Origin: Octopus sinensis
Lineage: Eukaryota
DNA: 64,000 nucleotides
Reading direction: 5' to 3'
Assembly: GCF_006345805.1 (NCBI RefSeq)
Contig: NC_043003.1
Coordinates: 67,146,001-67,210,000, forward strand
Shown here: positions 1-11,334 of the stretch, in pieces
How the letters are laid out: the number at the start of each line of letters is the position of its first letter
Numbering within the stretch: position 1 is the stretch's first letter
Notes under the pieces: generated by a model
The model's database searches: none
Seen by the model: only the letters and a program-made list of their open reading frames with translations
Told to the model about the DNA's origin: nothing
Program-made: the position numbers and the translations under genes

Positions 1-69
1 ACCATGCGCATGCGTGAATTAAAGATATTAAATGGCAGCAGTTTACCCATCGCACCATGTATATATAAA

Positions 70-155
70 CGAGGGGTATATAAAAATGTTTTGAGCTTTG
101 AAGTCTTGTACGAAGTGTGGTTTTATTGAGGCTCAAGACTTCATACACCCCTCTT
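70..155. mobile_element. Tiny mariner-like MITE or internally deleted remnant
   Basis: Inverted ends gaggggtata / tacacccctc plus an inner inverted pair tgaagtcttg / caagacttca, in TA-rich flanks. Confidence 0.45.
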
Positions 156-182
156 ATTTATAAGTATATATATATATGTATG

Positions 183-216
<34 letters not shown>

Positions 217-260
217 TGAATGTATGTATGTATGTATGTATGTATGTATGTACATATATG

Positions 261-674
261 TATTGGGTTGGCAACTAAGTTCCCGCCGTTTATTTTAAAA
301 TTCTCGAATACATTGCGTTTTTAAATTTTGGAATCCTTTTGAATCATTTTTTTTCTAGTTAATTCTTGTTTATTTTCCGATGAATCTATCACTGACATCT
401 CGTTTTAACAATTATATTTACATTCCAATTAAATGGTAATTTAAATGGAATGTTAAGTTAAGAAAAACGAGCATTTTAGACACCTCCTTCTCTTTGTTTT
501 TAATCAAGGTTCCAAGGCCGCAAAAGCTGCTCGCGGCATTTGTGCTGTATATGGGTAGAGGCCAATAGCAGAAGGAATCGCTCGGGATTGGTATGCCAAG
601 TTCAAAAATTGAAATTTTGACCTCAAAGACGCTCCTCGTTCTGGCCGTCCAGTTGATTTCGATGAAGAGCGATT
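261..674 (+). mobile_element. 5' part of a mariner DNA transposon (TIR plus N-terminal HTH of transposase, degenerate)
   Basis: TA-TTGGGTTGGCAACTAAGT mariner-type end. The degenerate frame reads ME..KKNEHFRHLLLFVFNQGSKAAKAARGICAVYG..AIAEGIARDWYAKFKN*NFDLKDAPRSGRPVDFDEER. It is truncated by a SINE at ~675. Confidence 0.88.
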
Positions 675-828
675 CTGCTGAGGTCGACTTTGCCTTTCAT
701 CCTTTCGGAGACGATAAATTAAGTACCAGTTACGCACTGGGGTCGATGTAATCGACGTAATCCGTTTGTCTGTCCTTGTTTGTCCCCTCTATGTTTAGGC
801 CCTTGTGAGCAATAAAAAAATAAGAAAT
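675..828 (+). mobile_element. SINE family A, 5'-truncated copy
   Basis: gaggtcgactttgcctttcatcctttcgg...aagtaccagttacgcactggggtcgatgtaatcgac matches the copies at 50205-50610 and 52840-53370. Confidence 0.9.
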
Positions 829-899
829 CAACATACAGTCAAGCAAAGTAGCTAGTTAGAAGGTATCTATAAATCTATAAGTTATGAAAATAGTAATTA

Positions 900-1172
900 C
901 AGTTGTCCCTCGAATATCGGGGGTGATTCGTTTCAAAATCCCGTACGATAGGTGAAAATCTGCGAAGTAGAAAAAGTACTGTACTGCATATTTTTTAATT
1001 ACCTTTATAATTTGCATATATTTTATTTTAAATGCAAAGCAACACCCCGGAAGAATCGACGTAAGTTTGAATAATAAACTGCGATAAGTGAAACGCGATA
1101 GGTGAACCACAATTGGTCAACCGTGATAGGTGAACTGCGATAGGTGAACCGTGATATGGCGAGTGATTACTG
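900..1172. mobile_element. pogo/Tigger-like MITE
   Basis: Imperfect TIRs (TA)CAGTTGTCCCTCGAATATCG and CGTGATATGGCGAGTGATTACTG. Internal repeats gcgataggtgaacc occur about 4-5 times. Confidence 0.7.
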
Positions 1173-1173
1173 T

Positions 1174-2040
1174 TTACTGAGAAGCAATATTTATCGCTAC
1201 TTTACCATGGCTGTCCCATAGGAACCGTTTCCATCCCCAGGAGTACGCCTCTTTCAACTGGTTATTGATGCAATCTACACTCGATATATATTGCCAGCAG
1301 GGGAGCGAACTCCTACCATCTTCTAGAAACAACGACGGAACTATTAGACCGTTTGTTTTCGAGCTCTTTTTGCTCATCTTCAGTGGTGAACACCCGTCTG
1401 CTAGAAGTATAAGTCGTTCACTCCGGCTCGCAATGTATAGGAAATCATGATCAAGCGACTGTCAGTCACTGATCTTGCAACAAGCCAAGTAGCGAATTAG
1501 GAAATTTCTACAAGAGATTAAAGTAGTTGCTATCATGAGAAGTAATGATTATCGCCACTTCAACATGGCAGTTCTGTAGCATCGTTTTGAACCCCAGGAT
1601 GACTACTCCTCCAGCTGATAATCTTTAGTATTTGCACCTGTTGTATATTGCAAAGCAGGGGAGTAACACCCTATCATCTTCCAATGAGCCGTTTCGAGTT
1701 GGGCAGTTTTCATTTAGTTGATTTTACAGCCACAATTTTTTACCTAAATTTTGGCCATTTGGATATTAGCGTTCTATGACGTCATTTCCTATTTTTGCCG
1801 TTAGAGGTATACGTCAACGTCATGGGTGACGACCTCGTCATATGAGTGACGCAATATACCCTTTGTGCTTTAAATCTTGCCTTGAGTAGGGATATGCATA
1901 TTACTTCCATAATACATTACCATAATTATGGAGGAAACATCTGTTAATATTTATTAATATCAGTTACTATCTTTTTATTCGGTATGATGTGACGTCTATT
2001 GCTGTTACAATTACATGTAAAATAAGCATACGGGGGAGTA
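1174..2040 (-). mobile_element. Degenerate Penelope-type terminal-repeat region with two diverged tandem units
   Basis: 1220-1340 and 1580-1700 are diverged paralogues (ctcccctgctggcaatata vs ctcccctgctttgcaatata on minus). Each lies just downstream of a hammerhead-like motif. Confidence 0.5.
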
Positions 2041-2083
2041 GTGTTTTTAATACATTCATATATATATATATATATATATATAA

Positions 2084-3340
2084 ATTAACCTTAAAATAGA
2101 AACAGACATTTTCTACAAAGCCACAGACGCCAAACAATACCTTCTCTTTAATTCATGCCACCCAAGACACACTAAAACAAACATCCCCTTCAACCTTGCA
2201 AGAAGGATATGCACAATAGTGTCAGAACAAAATACCAGGAACTTCAGACTGCAAGAACTCAAAAACACCTTAATTGACAGACATTACCCAGCTCAACTCA
2301 TAGAGGATGGGATCAGACGTGCAACAGAAATCAACATAGAAACTTTAAGAAAAGTTCAACACAACAACACACCTTCCCCGAAAATACTACCTTACATATC
2401 TACATACAACCCCAGAAACAAAGAAGCTTTCACCATCATCACCCAGAATTTACCAATACTTCATAAAAACCCCAAATTAAAGGAAATTCTAAACATACAC
2501 CAAATCATTAAAAGCTACAAACAGCCTAAATCACTTAAAAAGATTCTCACAAAGGCAAAATTATCTTCTGAAATTACGGATGCAAAAGTAAAAAAATGTG
2601 GTAGATCGAACTGTGCAATATGTCCTAACCTACTAGAAGGATCAGAATTCTTCTTTAAAGAGGGACAGAAATTCAAGATCAAATCTAACTTTACTTGTGC
2701 CTCTGAAAACATAATTTATGTCATAAAATGCTCGGGCTGTGACCAAGACTACGTGGGGTCCACGGGACTATCACTCAGACGTAGATGCACACTGCATCGA
2801 CAACAGATTGCATTCCCAGAATATAGAATGATACCTTTTAGTGAGCACATTGAGAAATGCGCAAAGCAACTACAACCACAATTTTTAATCTTTCCATTTT
2901 ACCAATGTGCTTTCGGATCATCAACACAAATTAGACTAAACAAGGAAACATTCTTCATTGAAAAGTACAAACCCAGACTCAACTATCCAAACATAATAAT
3001 ACAGAGAAATTCACACTAAGAGAAAAAGGAAAAAAAAGATTTTTAAGCGATTATCTCCCTTACACCGGAAGAAATCACGCACTACCTTCCCTTATTTAGA
3101 ACTCTCCGTAGCAAAAAAACAAGGATAACGCTATTAAAGATAAATATTACGTCGCAAGAAATTTGAAGAGCTAAATGCGAAACCGGTCTTTCTTTAAAAA
3201 TTATAAAATTATGTCATTATAAGAAGGGAAAAAAATTTTTCCAATATTCTCCAGACATATTGACGCAAATATATATATTCTTTAACATTTAAGCCTTCTG
3301 TCGTTTTTTCACTCTTTACTATTTTCTTATATATTCACCC
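2084..3340 (+). mobile_element. 5'-truncated Penelope-like element: RT thumb, linker and GIY-YIG endonuclease ORF (2084-3019) plus 3' terminal region
   Basis: The frame is open from 2084: KIETDIFYKATDAKQYLLFNSCHPRHTKTNIPFNLARRICTIVS...KCGRSNCAIC...IIYVIKCSGCDQDYVGST..SLRRRCTLH...KETFFIEKYKPRLN. It is bounded by (TA)n on both sides. Confidence 0.93.
3156..3194 (+). ncRNA. Minimal type I hammerhead ribozyme-like motif in the PLE 3' region (degenerate)
   Basis: AAGAAA t TTGAAGA GC-taaat-GC GAAA CCGG TC TTTCTT. This gives a 6-bp stem I, a 2-bp stem II, a palindromic stem III and a GUC site. C3 reads as T and there is one extra base. Confidence 0.6.
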
Positions 3341-3365
3341 ACGTGCTTTCACAAACAAACTTTCT

Positions 3366-3425
<60 letters not shown>

Positions 3426-4579
3426 TAGGGTTACACCGAAAATGGGTGGTATGCGTATTCGTTACCTCCGCATTTTTATGTACGTGTATATGAAAGATGA
3501 TTCAAAACATTTCATACATCACAACACATACTCACTTACTCACTCACTCTCTCTCACACACATATACACGTCCATTTCATATACACTTACATCTTACACT
3601 TTCTCCTCTCTTACTTTCTCTTTTCACTTTAAAGCAAATGTCGCCTTTTCATTTTATCCTCTCTTTCGATTTCTACTCTCTTCAAAGTATACAGAAATTA
3701 AAACAATTTTACGGAAATTAACAAACAATAATATGATCCCATATATGTCGAATTGACAACTTTCCTTCTTCAAATGAAAGAATGCCACAAAATAACTTCC
3801 TTTGAAGACACAAACATGCATACACACACTCTAGGTAAAACTTCTGTGCGAATTATGTTAATTCTTGCAGTGTGAACGTGCAAATTTACAGCTCAACTCA
3901 ATTGAAATGATCTTTTTCTATTGTATAATTTGTGTTTGTGATGAGCGCATTTAAAAACCTGATCTTCGATATAAACTTAAAGGGAAGTTTTCCCAGAAAT
4001 CCTGTCCTTTACCTCTTCTTTCTAGCATGTCCAAGGTGACATTTCCGTCCCCCGCTCTTATTTTCTTCTTAAGTTTCTTCCGAGTCCTATATTTGCGCTA
4101 CAGGAGATTAGGATTTCATCCACAAAACACGTTCTCAATATTTTAATTTTCTCCCTCTCTTCACTAAATTAAATTCTTAGTTTTTTCAAATTTTTATTAT
4201 TGGTAATCCATGGAGAAAAGCACAGAAAGTACGAATAAATAGAAACCCATAGATTTAAAGAAAATTAACAAATTTTAAAATCCGCACGGCATTCTGTATG
4301 ATAATTTCTCTCGAGACATTTTCATTGTGTATAGAGCATTTTGCTCTTAAAATACACGTCTCTTTATTATATGTGTAACTATATTATCTGAATTGTTCAT
4401 GGTCAAATTGACTCTAGCACAATATAATTTTCTGCACTGGATATTAAAAGAAATTACTTTACAATGAAAGCATTCAAATTATAGAAAAATTCCTTCCTGG
4501 AGTGTTTTTCTTTTTTAGATTGAGAAAACTGGAAAGAATGCATTGATAAATAAACTATAAAAATGTAAATATGTAAAAT

Positions 4580-5005
4580 AAGCCTCAATATGATTCAAAA
4601 TTTCCCTATTATTTTGCGAAATATCTTGAATAGGAAAATGGCGATTTATTAAAAGGAAAAGATTTATTCATGTGCGATATCAATCCCGAAACGTTAAGCA
4701 AAAATACTTATTTAAAAATACCCCTTTGTTATTATCTGATACATACATACATACATACATACACACATACATACATACATACATACATATACGTATTTGT
4801 AAGGAATATGAATAAATATCAAAGATTAATTTACGCACACACTCACACACGCTCACACACACATATATAAATACATATATAAATGAGTGTGTGTGTATAT
4901 GCATCACAAGCTCAGACATGACTGATGCTTAAGAAGCACGCGTCACTTTCATGTACTCCTGGATTCGGTGCCGCTGCGCAGCACTTGGGAGCAGTAGTTT
5001 CTGAA
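4580..5005 (+). repeat. Copy 1 of a ~420-bp diverged local duplication (copy 2 at ~7480-7855)
   Basis: Shared blocks include gaaatatcttgaataggaaaatggcgatttattaaa and ctcagacatgactgatgcttaagaagcacgcgtcac. Confidence 0.85.
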
Positions 5006-5391
5006 TAGAATTTCGTGCAGAGACGTTAACATACGTGTATGTATGTATAGATACATTTGCATATACATGTATTCTCACATACACGCACGCACACACATGC
5101 ACACATACACGTACATGCACACACGCACATATATTTATAAACTAAGGTCATCACTCGTTATCGATTATAGCTGGTAGTATGTAACAAGTTGGGAGTACAA
5201 GAATGGGAAGTTTCCGGAAACTATATACATGCATAACCTTTCGTTCGTATCAATAATTCATTTGCCGTTTTTATTAAAACGATAGTAAAAATGTGAAAAG
5301 TGAATAATATAAAAGATCTATCAATGATAATTATACGAATCATAATAGAAGTTGCTCTAAAATGTCAAATAAACTGAAATTAAGAACTTAC

Positions 5392-5568
5392 TGTTATGGC
5401 GATTTTCGTCATACAAAAAACAGTTGTCTGAATTCCATGAATTGTTACAGGAAGCCCAGGGGACTTCACTCTTCATTGACGCAAAAAAGTAGTATAGTGT
5501 GTGACTGATGATGACGTTATAATAAAGCATTATGAACCAACTGATGATCACCATAGCAAAACCGACAC
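5392..5568 (-). CDS. Internal exon of an SLC6 (NSS) sodium:neurotransmitter/amino-acid symporter, TM3 and start of extracellular loop 2
   Basis: Translates (G)[58 protein letters not shown], with the SLC6 YYN..I motif and PW..C...WN...C signature. Acceptor is ctttctatttgcag and donor is gtaagt. Phase 1/1, 177 bp. The subfamily cannot be assigned from one exon. Confidence 0.93.
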
Positions 5569-5599
5569 CTGCAAATAGAAAGAAAAATAGATTTAACTT

Positions 5600-6060
5600 T
5601 CACTATCTTTTCAGATATATGCAAAAATAGAGAGACGAAAGTGAATAGGACAGATAAATCAAATGATGTACCGGGTCACAAGGGAAGGGAGCAGCTTTTT
5701 GTAAATTTCAATGTGTCAATAAATGAGAGGCATAGGTCTTGCTAATCGAAGCAAGATATCTGTTGATAAACAAGATTCCGTGAGTAGAAAATTACGGTTG
5801 CAAACTAGGATAACTCCACGAACGGTATTATTTTCAGTAATAGTATTAGTAACAAGGGTACAGGTTTAAAAGGCAATTTATACGGCATTTTATATATAGT
5901 TCTCCATGCAGTAGTCAATGCCTAGCGACAAAATTGCAATTTGCTTGACTCCATATAAATATTCTTTCCAGTAAGTTTTATGGATCTTTGTTCTATTTGT
6001 TACTAGAAAAAAATTGTCGTTCCATTTCCTGATGAGGATGCCTACAGTGAGGATGTTGTT
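5600..6060 (-). mobile_element. Highly degenerate Penelope-like RT fragment
   Basis: The interrupted frame LYGVKQIAILSLGIDYCMEN...RLARPMPLIY*HIEI loosely resembles PLE RT motifs. It has many stops. Confidence 0.3.
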
Positions 6061-6062
6061 GC

Positions 6063-6144
<82 letters not shown>

Positions 6145-6620
6145 GAGTGAGTGAGCCGTGCGTGTCATCAACGTGACACTGGGGTAAAACATACGAAGTC
6201 CAGTATACCCATCATGACTACACGTCTGATGAAGATACACCAGGCACACGCATCACAAACATATAAGCGCGATATGGTGATCTCATACCAAGATAAACAA
6301 CACATGACCTTGCAGGTGGGCCCAGTTAGAATTTTCTTCAGATCTAGTATCCAACCCCGCTTAAAAGGTCCCTGAATAAGGGTTGTTTAAGGATGATGAA
6401 CTAAACACCCATGATTCAATAGAGGAATTATCCTAACCCCAAGAATTCCTTTCAACACCTGGCTATGATACTCCCCCACTAATTCTGCTCGTGATCAGAG
6501 ATGCACACATCGTCAGCCACTAAGGGGCATGCTCATCTAGTAAAGTTCAAACAACTGACAACTAAATCTGCAGAATATTTGCTGTGACGGATCTTTTATA
6601 CCAAGCCAAAACAATATTAT
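6145..6620 (-). mobile_element. ~560-bp non-autonomous element attached to (TAA)n, partly truncated copy
   Basis: Reverse complement of 9940-10497 over most of its length. It abuts (TTA)n at 6062-6144. Confidence 0.85.
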
Positions 6621-6795
6621 CTTCATCATCATTATTATTTTATCACGTGCCTTCATTGCACTACTGGCTGCTTTTTTTAATCATAACTAATGCGCCTACT
6701 GTAAAAGGAATTGTCTCTGTTAGGCTCCACATTCGAGTTATTATTCTTATTATATTATATAAAAAACAAAGAACATGTATGATTATCGACATTGT

Positions 6796-7060
6796 TATTA
6801 CCTCCGCCTTAGCGCAGGCGGAGGTATTGTTTTCAGTCGTCTTTGTATGCTTGGGATTGTGAGTGGCACGAACTGATCAGATTTTGGGATTGATCCGATA
6901 CAGGACAAGAATTCTGAATTATGTTTCCGTTTTCTTTTACTTGATTTTTGTGAGCGGTTGGGTTCATTTTTAGTATTCTCATTTGTGAGAGCAGTCGAGT
7001 TTATTTCAGATATTCGCATATTTAAAAATCTTTGAGAGGACGTTGGTGCTGCACACAATC
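6796..7060 (+). mobile_element. Helentron-associated (HINE/DINE-1-like) non-autonomous element
   Basis: Starts ttattACCTCCGCC with a perfect 11-bp hairpin, TACCTCCGCCT-tagcgc-AGGCGGAGGTA (6799-6826), followed by ttgttttcagtc...attttgggattgatccgat. This resembles aquatic-animal HINE-type repeats as recalled, not searched. Confidence 0.5.
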
Positions 7061-7479
7061 TAACTACGCTGGTGCTCTTCTCCTAATTTTCCAGCTCTCA
7101 AGTGGTTTTGATCTTACATGCTGAGCAACTTGCTCTGGAATCGGCTTTTTGGCATTAGAAAACCATGAGTAGTTGTATGTGAATGCACAACCTCATTTAA
7201 CCAGATGTTACTGAAAATCACTCCTGATCCCATCCTCTGCTGTTATTCTGCCACAAAGTTAATGATGTTCTGAACATCAACATCAGTACCAACATTCTTG
7301 ACAATCACATTTCAGTTGCATCAACAAACGTATTGCATGGCTCGTGAGCAGTGTGGTGAATGAACTCTACATGCCATTTCGTCTTAACACCAGGTAAATG
7401 CAACCAGTATTTCTTCAACTGTTCTGTCGGGATCATGGAAGCCCTTCCTCTTAAATAATGCCACATTTTTAAAATTAAG

Positions 7480-7855
7480 TCTCAATATGATTAAAAATTT
7501 CCGTATTATTTTGTGAAATATCTTGAATAGGAAAATGGCGATTTATTAAAGGGAAAAGATTTATTCATGTGCAATATAGTAATCTCGAAACGTAAACCAA
7601 AAATATTTATTAAAAAAAACTCCTTTGTTATCATGTAATACATACACACACACATACATATTAGTAAGGAATATGAAAAAAATACTAAGTAGTAATTTAC
7701 GCACGCAAACACACTAACATATACATACATATATAAACGAGTGTGTGAGTGTATGCATCACGACCTCAGACATGACTGATGCTTAAGAAGCACGCGTCAC
7801 ACTCATGTAGTCCTGGATTCGGTTCCACTGAGCAGAACTTGAGGGCATGTACTTT
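7480..7855 (+). repeat. Copy 2 of the ~420-bp local duplication
   Basis: Colinear with 4580-5005, including the degenerate SINE-B head at its right end. Confidence 0.85.
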
Positions 7856-8445
7856 CTATCTTTGCTTATGATTTTCCAGTAGCTTAAAAAGTGATGTTAC
7901 AGTCTTGTCCATTTCTCAGTGTGCCAAAGAGTCAGTGTCACTAGTAACATATCTTTCCTACATCCTTTCCTTTCTCAGGAGCTAGCCCAATTCAAAAACT
8001 TTTCACTAATTTAAAATCGTTATAAAATTGCTTTCGTTACACTTCCTAGTAACATTATTTGAAATATCCATATTTGTTTTTACTCGTTAAAATCAAAATA
8101 TTTGTTGTATATTTTCGAGAAACCGTATTAAATTTCTTTCTAGTTGTGAATATTAAACATTTTGTTTTCAAAATATTTTGACGGCACCGTCGACATTGTA
8201 CAGATTCTTGGTTGATCATGCTACTTATGGGAAATATTGTTTTTTTTAGATAACGAAAACACTCGAGGCACACATTGCACCATTCCATCTCATGATAAAG
8301 AAAAACTAACCTTCCGAGAGTTGCATTGTTTACAAAACGAAAGAAAATGCAAATATATTGTTTTTCTTCATAAAACAAGAGGTGGGAAATCAAAATTTTT
8401 ATCCCGAACTGTATCGAATATGACCATATACATTAATAGTAATAA

Positions 8446-8522
<77 letters not shown>

Positions 8523-8569
8523 GACCAAAGCCGTATTACATTAATAGTAATAAATTAATAATAATAATG

Positions 8570-8644
<75 letters not shown>

Positions 8645-8650
<6 letters not shown>

Positions 8651-8870
8651 TATTCAGACAAATACATAACAAAAACACCAGGACTTACAAACACATATAA
8701 CATACAGAAAATTGCACTACTAGGCACTGCACACATCCTACGCAGAACACTTTCCATACGATAACCATCAGAGCATCACAACAAACCAAAGCACATACCC
8801 AAGGCACACAGAGCTGCGCTCGGTAGTGAAGTGAAAGCACGCTATAAAAATAAAACTACTGAAAAATGAT
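8645..8870 (+). mobile_element. R4/Dong-type RLE retrotransposon 3' end (subfamily A, short copy)
   Basis: KKYSDKYITKTPGLTNTYNIQKIALLGTAHILRRTLSI* plus 3' UTR, with (TAA)n on both sides. Nearly identical to 9425-9650. Confidence 0.9.
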
Positions 8871-8909
8871 AATAATAATAATAATGATAATAATAATAAT
8901 AATAATAAT

Positions 8910-9649
8910 AAGACCAAAGCCTCCCCACCAGAAATTACCAAAAACATGTAATGAAAAGAAATATTACAAGTAACTGCAGAATATGTGGAGATGGACAAGA
9001 AACAATAAATCATATTATCTCTAGCTGCCCAGTCCTGGCTAAGAAGGAATATATTCACAGACATTACAGAGTTGGAACCTACATACATTGGAAGCTATGC
9101 CAACATTATGGAATAACAACAGAAAAAAGATGGTATAGGTACACACCAGAAAAGGTCACAGAAAACGAGAAAGCAACCATACTCTGGGATATGCCGATAC
9201 ACACAGATAGAGAAATTAAGGCCAACAGACCAGATATAGTTGTCAGAGATCATGAAGAAAAAAAAAATGCTTTCTAATTGATGTATCAATACCGGAAGAT
9301 GACAACGTGTCTCTAAAAGAAATGGAGAAACTCTCAAAATACAAAGACCTGGAAATAGAGGTAACTAGAATGCGGAACCTGAAAACAGAAACAATTCCTA
9401 TCATAGTAGGTGCATTAGGCATGATAAAAAATATTCAGACAAATACATAACAAAAACACCAGGACTTACAAACACATATAACATACAGAAAATTGCACTA
9501 CTAGGCACTGCACACATCCTACGCAGAACACTTTCCATACAATAACCATCAGAGCATCACAACAAATCACAGCACATACCCAAGGCACACAGAGCTGCGC
9601 TCGGTAGTGAAGTGAAAGCACGCTATAAAAATAAAACTACTGAAAAATG

Positions 9650-9650
<1 letters not shown>
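8910..9650 (+). mobile_element. R4/Dong-type RLE retrotransposon 3' fragment (CCHC knuckle plus PD..D endonuclease, frameshifted)
   Basis: CRICGDGQETINHIISSC..RH..HWKLC..ILWDMPIHTDREIKANRPDIVV..LIDVSIP..EKLSKYKDLEIE..IPIIVGALG. It ends in (TAA)n. Confidence 0.93.
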
Positions 9651-9688
<38 letters not shown>

Positions 9689-9689
9689 G

Positions 9690-9860
9690 TCTAGGTGATC
9701 TCAAATTTTAAAAGAAACTCATAATTTTCCCATGTTTTCTTAAGCATTCTCTAGCACAATAGTAGGTAAAAGACCAAATACATGACATCCTAGGTATAAC
9801 ACCAACATGAATTTCTGACCTGGAGCCAACTTGTACAAATACAAAGCAAAAGTCAAACAC

Positions 9861-9862
<2 letters not shown>
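9690..9862 (+). mobile_element. Isolated 3' UTR of Dong subfamily B
   Basis: ...accaaatacatgaca.cctagg.ataacaccaacatgaa...ccaacttgtacaaatacaaagcaaaagtc, also present at 11015-11210 and 12380-12520. Followed by (TAA)n. Confidence 0.8.
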
Positions 9863-9928
<66 letters not shown>

Positions 9929-9939
9929 TAATAATAATA

Positions 9940-10495
9940 ATGCCCTGATGCAATACCAGGCAGTGGCTCTCATGGCTTCTGATCTTAACTGATTGGAAGT
10001 GTTATCATGTACATTGTTTTGTCTTGGTATAAAAGATGGGCTACAGCAAATATTCTGCTCAATACCACAGATTTGCGTGTCAGTTGTTTGACCTTAACCA
10101 GTTGAGCATGTCCCTTAGTGGCTGACGATATGTGCATCTCTGATCACGAGCAGCAGTAGTGGGGGAGCATCATAGCCATGTGTTGAGAGGGATTCTTTGG
10201 GGTTTGAATAATTCACCTCTGGAAACATGGGTGGTTCTTTCAACATCCTTAAACAGCCCTTATTCAGGGACCTTTTGAGCGGGATGGGCTACTCAACCTG
10301 AAGAAAATTCTAACTGGGCCCCACCTGCAAGGTCATGTGCTGTTTATCTTGATATGAGATCACCATGTCGCGCTCATATGTTTGTGATGCATGTGCCTGG
10401 TGAACCCTTATCAGACGGGTAGTCATGATGGGTATATTGGGCTTCGTATATTTTACCCCAGTGTCACTTTGATGGCATGCACTGCTCTCTCACTC

Positions 10496-10497
<2 letters not shown>
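9940..10497 (+). mobile_element. ~560-bp non-autonomous element embedded in (TAA)n (apparently full length)
   Basis: Begins tgccctgatgca directly after (TAA)n and ends actgctctctcactc-(AAT)n. A second copy lies at 6145-6620 on the minus strand. No ORF. Confidence 0.85.
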
Positions 10498-10545
<48 letters not shown>

Positions 10546-10589
10546 TAATAATAATCATGATGATGATGATGATGATGATAATGATAATA

Positions 10590-11210
10590 ACAGGCATCAT
10601 AGAGCAGCACAATATTTTCACTGTATAATTTGCAAAAATATGGACCTGCCCCATGGTAAAAACCACCTCCAGTGCTTGAAAATGATACTATCTTATCCTC
10701 TGCAAATTCACCATTCGAACTGGCAGAAAAATAGATGCGAAGACGCCAGGCATTATATTGAAAGATTTCTTACAATTATCATGCCTCCACATGGCTGTCA
10801 ATGTTACGACCTACCAAATACTGAGCAAGTGTAAATATCTTGAAATAAAAATTGGCAAAATGTGGAACCTCAAGACTAAAATAATACTTTTTATTATAGC
10901 AAAAGGGTCTGATTGCTACCTAGCTCAGATACCAGGAAACCCCAACATGGCAGATTTCAAATGATAGTGCTCATGGGAACTGCCCATATCCTACGTAAAA
11001 CACTGTCTATGTAATCTGAAATTTTAAAACAAACTTATTATTTTCATATGTTTTCTTAAACATTCTCTAGAACAATACTTTGTGCAAAACCAAATACATG
11101 ACACCCTAGGCATAACACCAACATGAACTTCTAACTTGTTGTCCCTTGATATCTCTGAGTGAGACTTGGAACCAACTTGTACAAATACAAAAAAGAAGTC
11201 GAACATATAA
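10590..11210 (+). mobile_element. Degenerate Dong subfamily B 3' fragment (RLE region plus 3' UTR)
   Basis: RHHRAAQYFHCIICKNMDLPHGKN...KCKYLEIKIGKMWNLKTK...AQIPGNP..IVLMGTAHILRKTLSM*, followed by the B-type UTR and an (AAC/AAT)n tail. Confidence 0.85.
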
Positions 11211-11274
11211 TAATAAAAACGACAGTAACAACAACAACAACAACAACAAAAACAATAATAATAAAAAAAAAGAA

Positions 11275-11329
<55 letters not shown>

Positions 11330-11334
11330 TTATA

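Noticed and set aside
504-737. Recurrent ORF MRNWYL..RKDERQSRPRRNLNSER (also 50201, 50463, 52781)
   Set aside because: It is the antisense reading of SINE-A, not a gene family.
10138-10168. tgatcacga and gtagtggggga strings resembling U1 snRNA
   Set aside because: The two short matches have spacing incompatible with U1, and the U1 5' end is absent.
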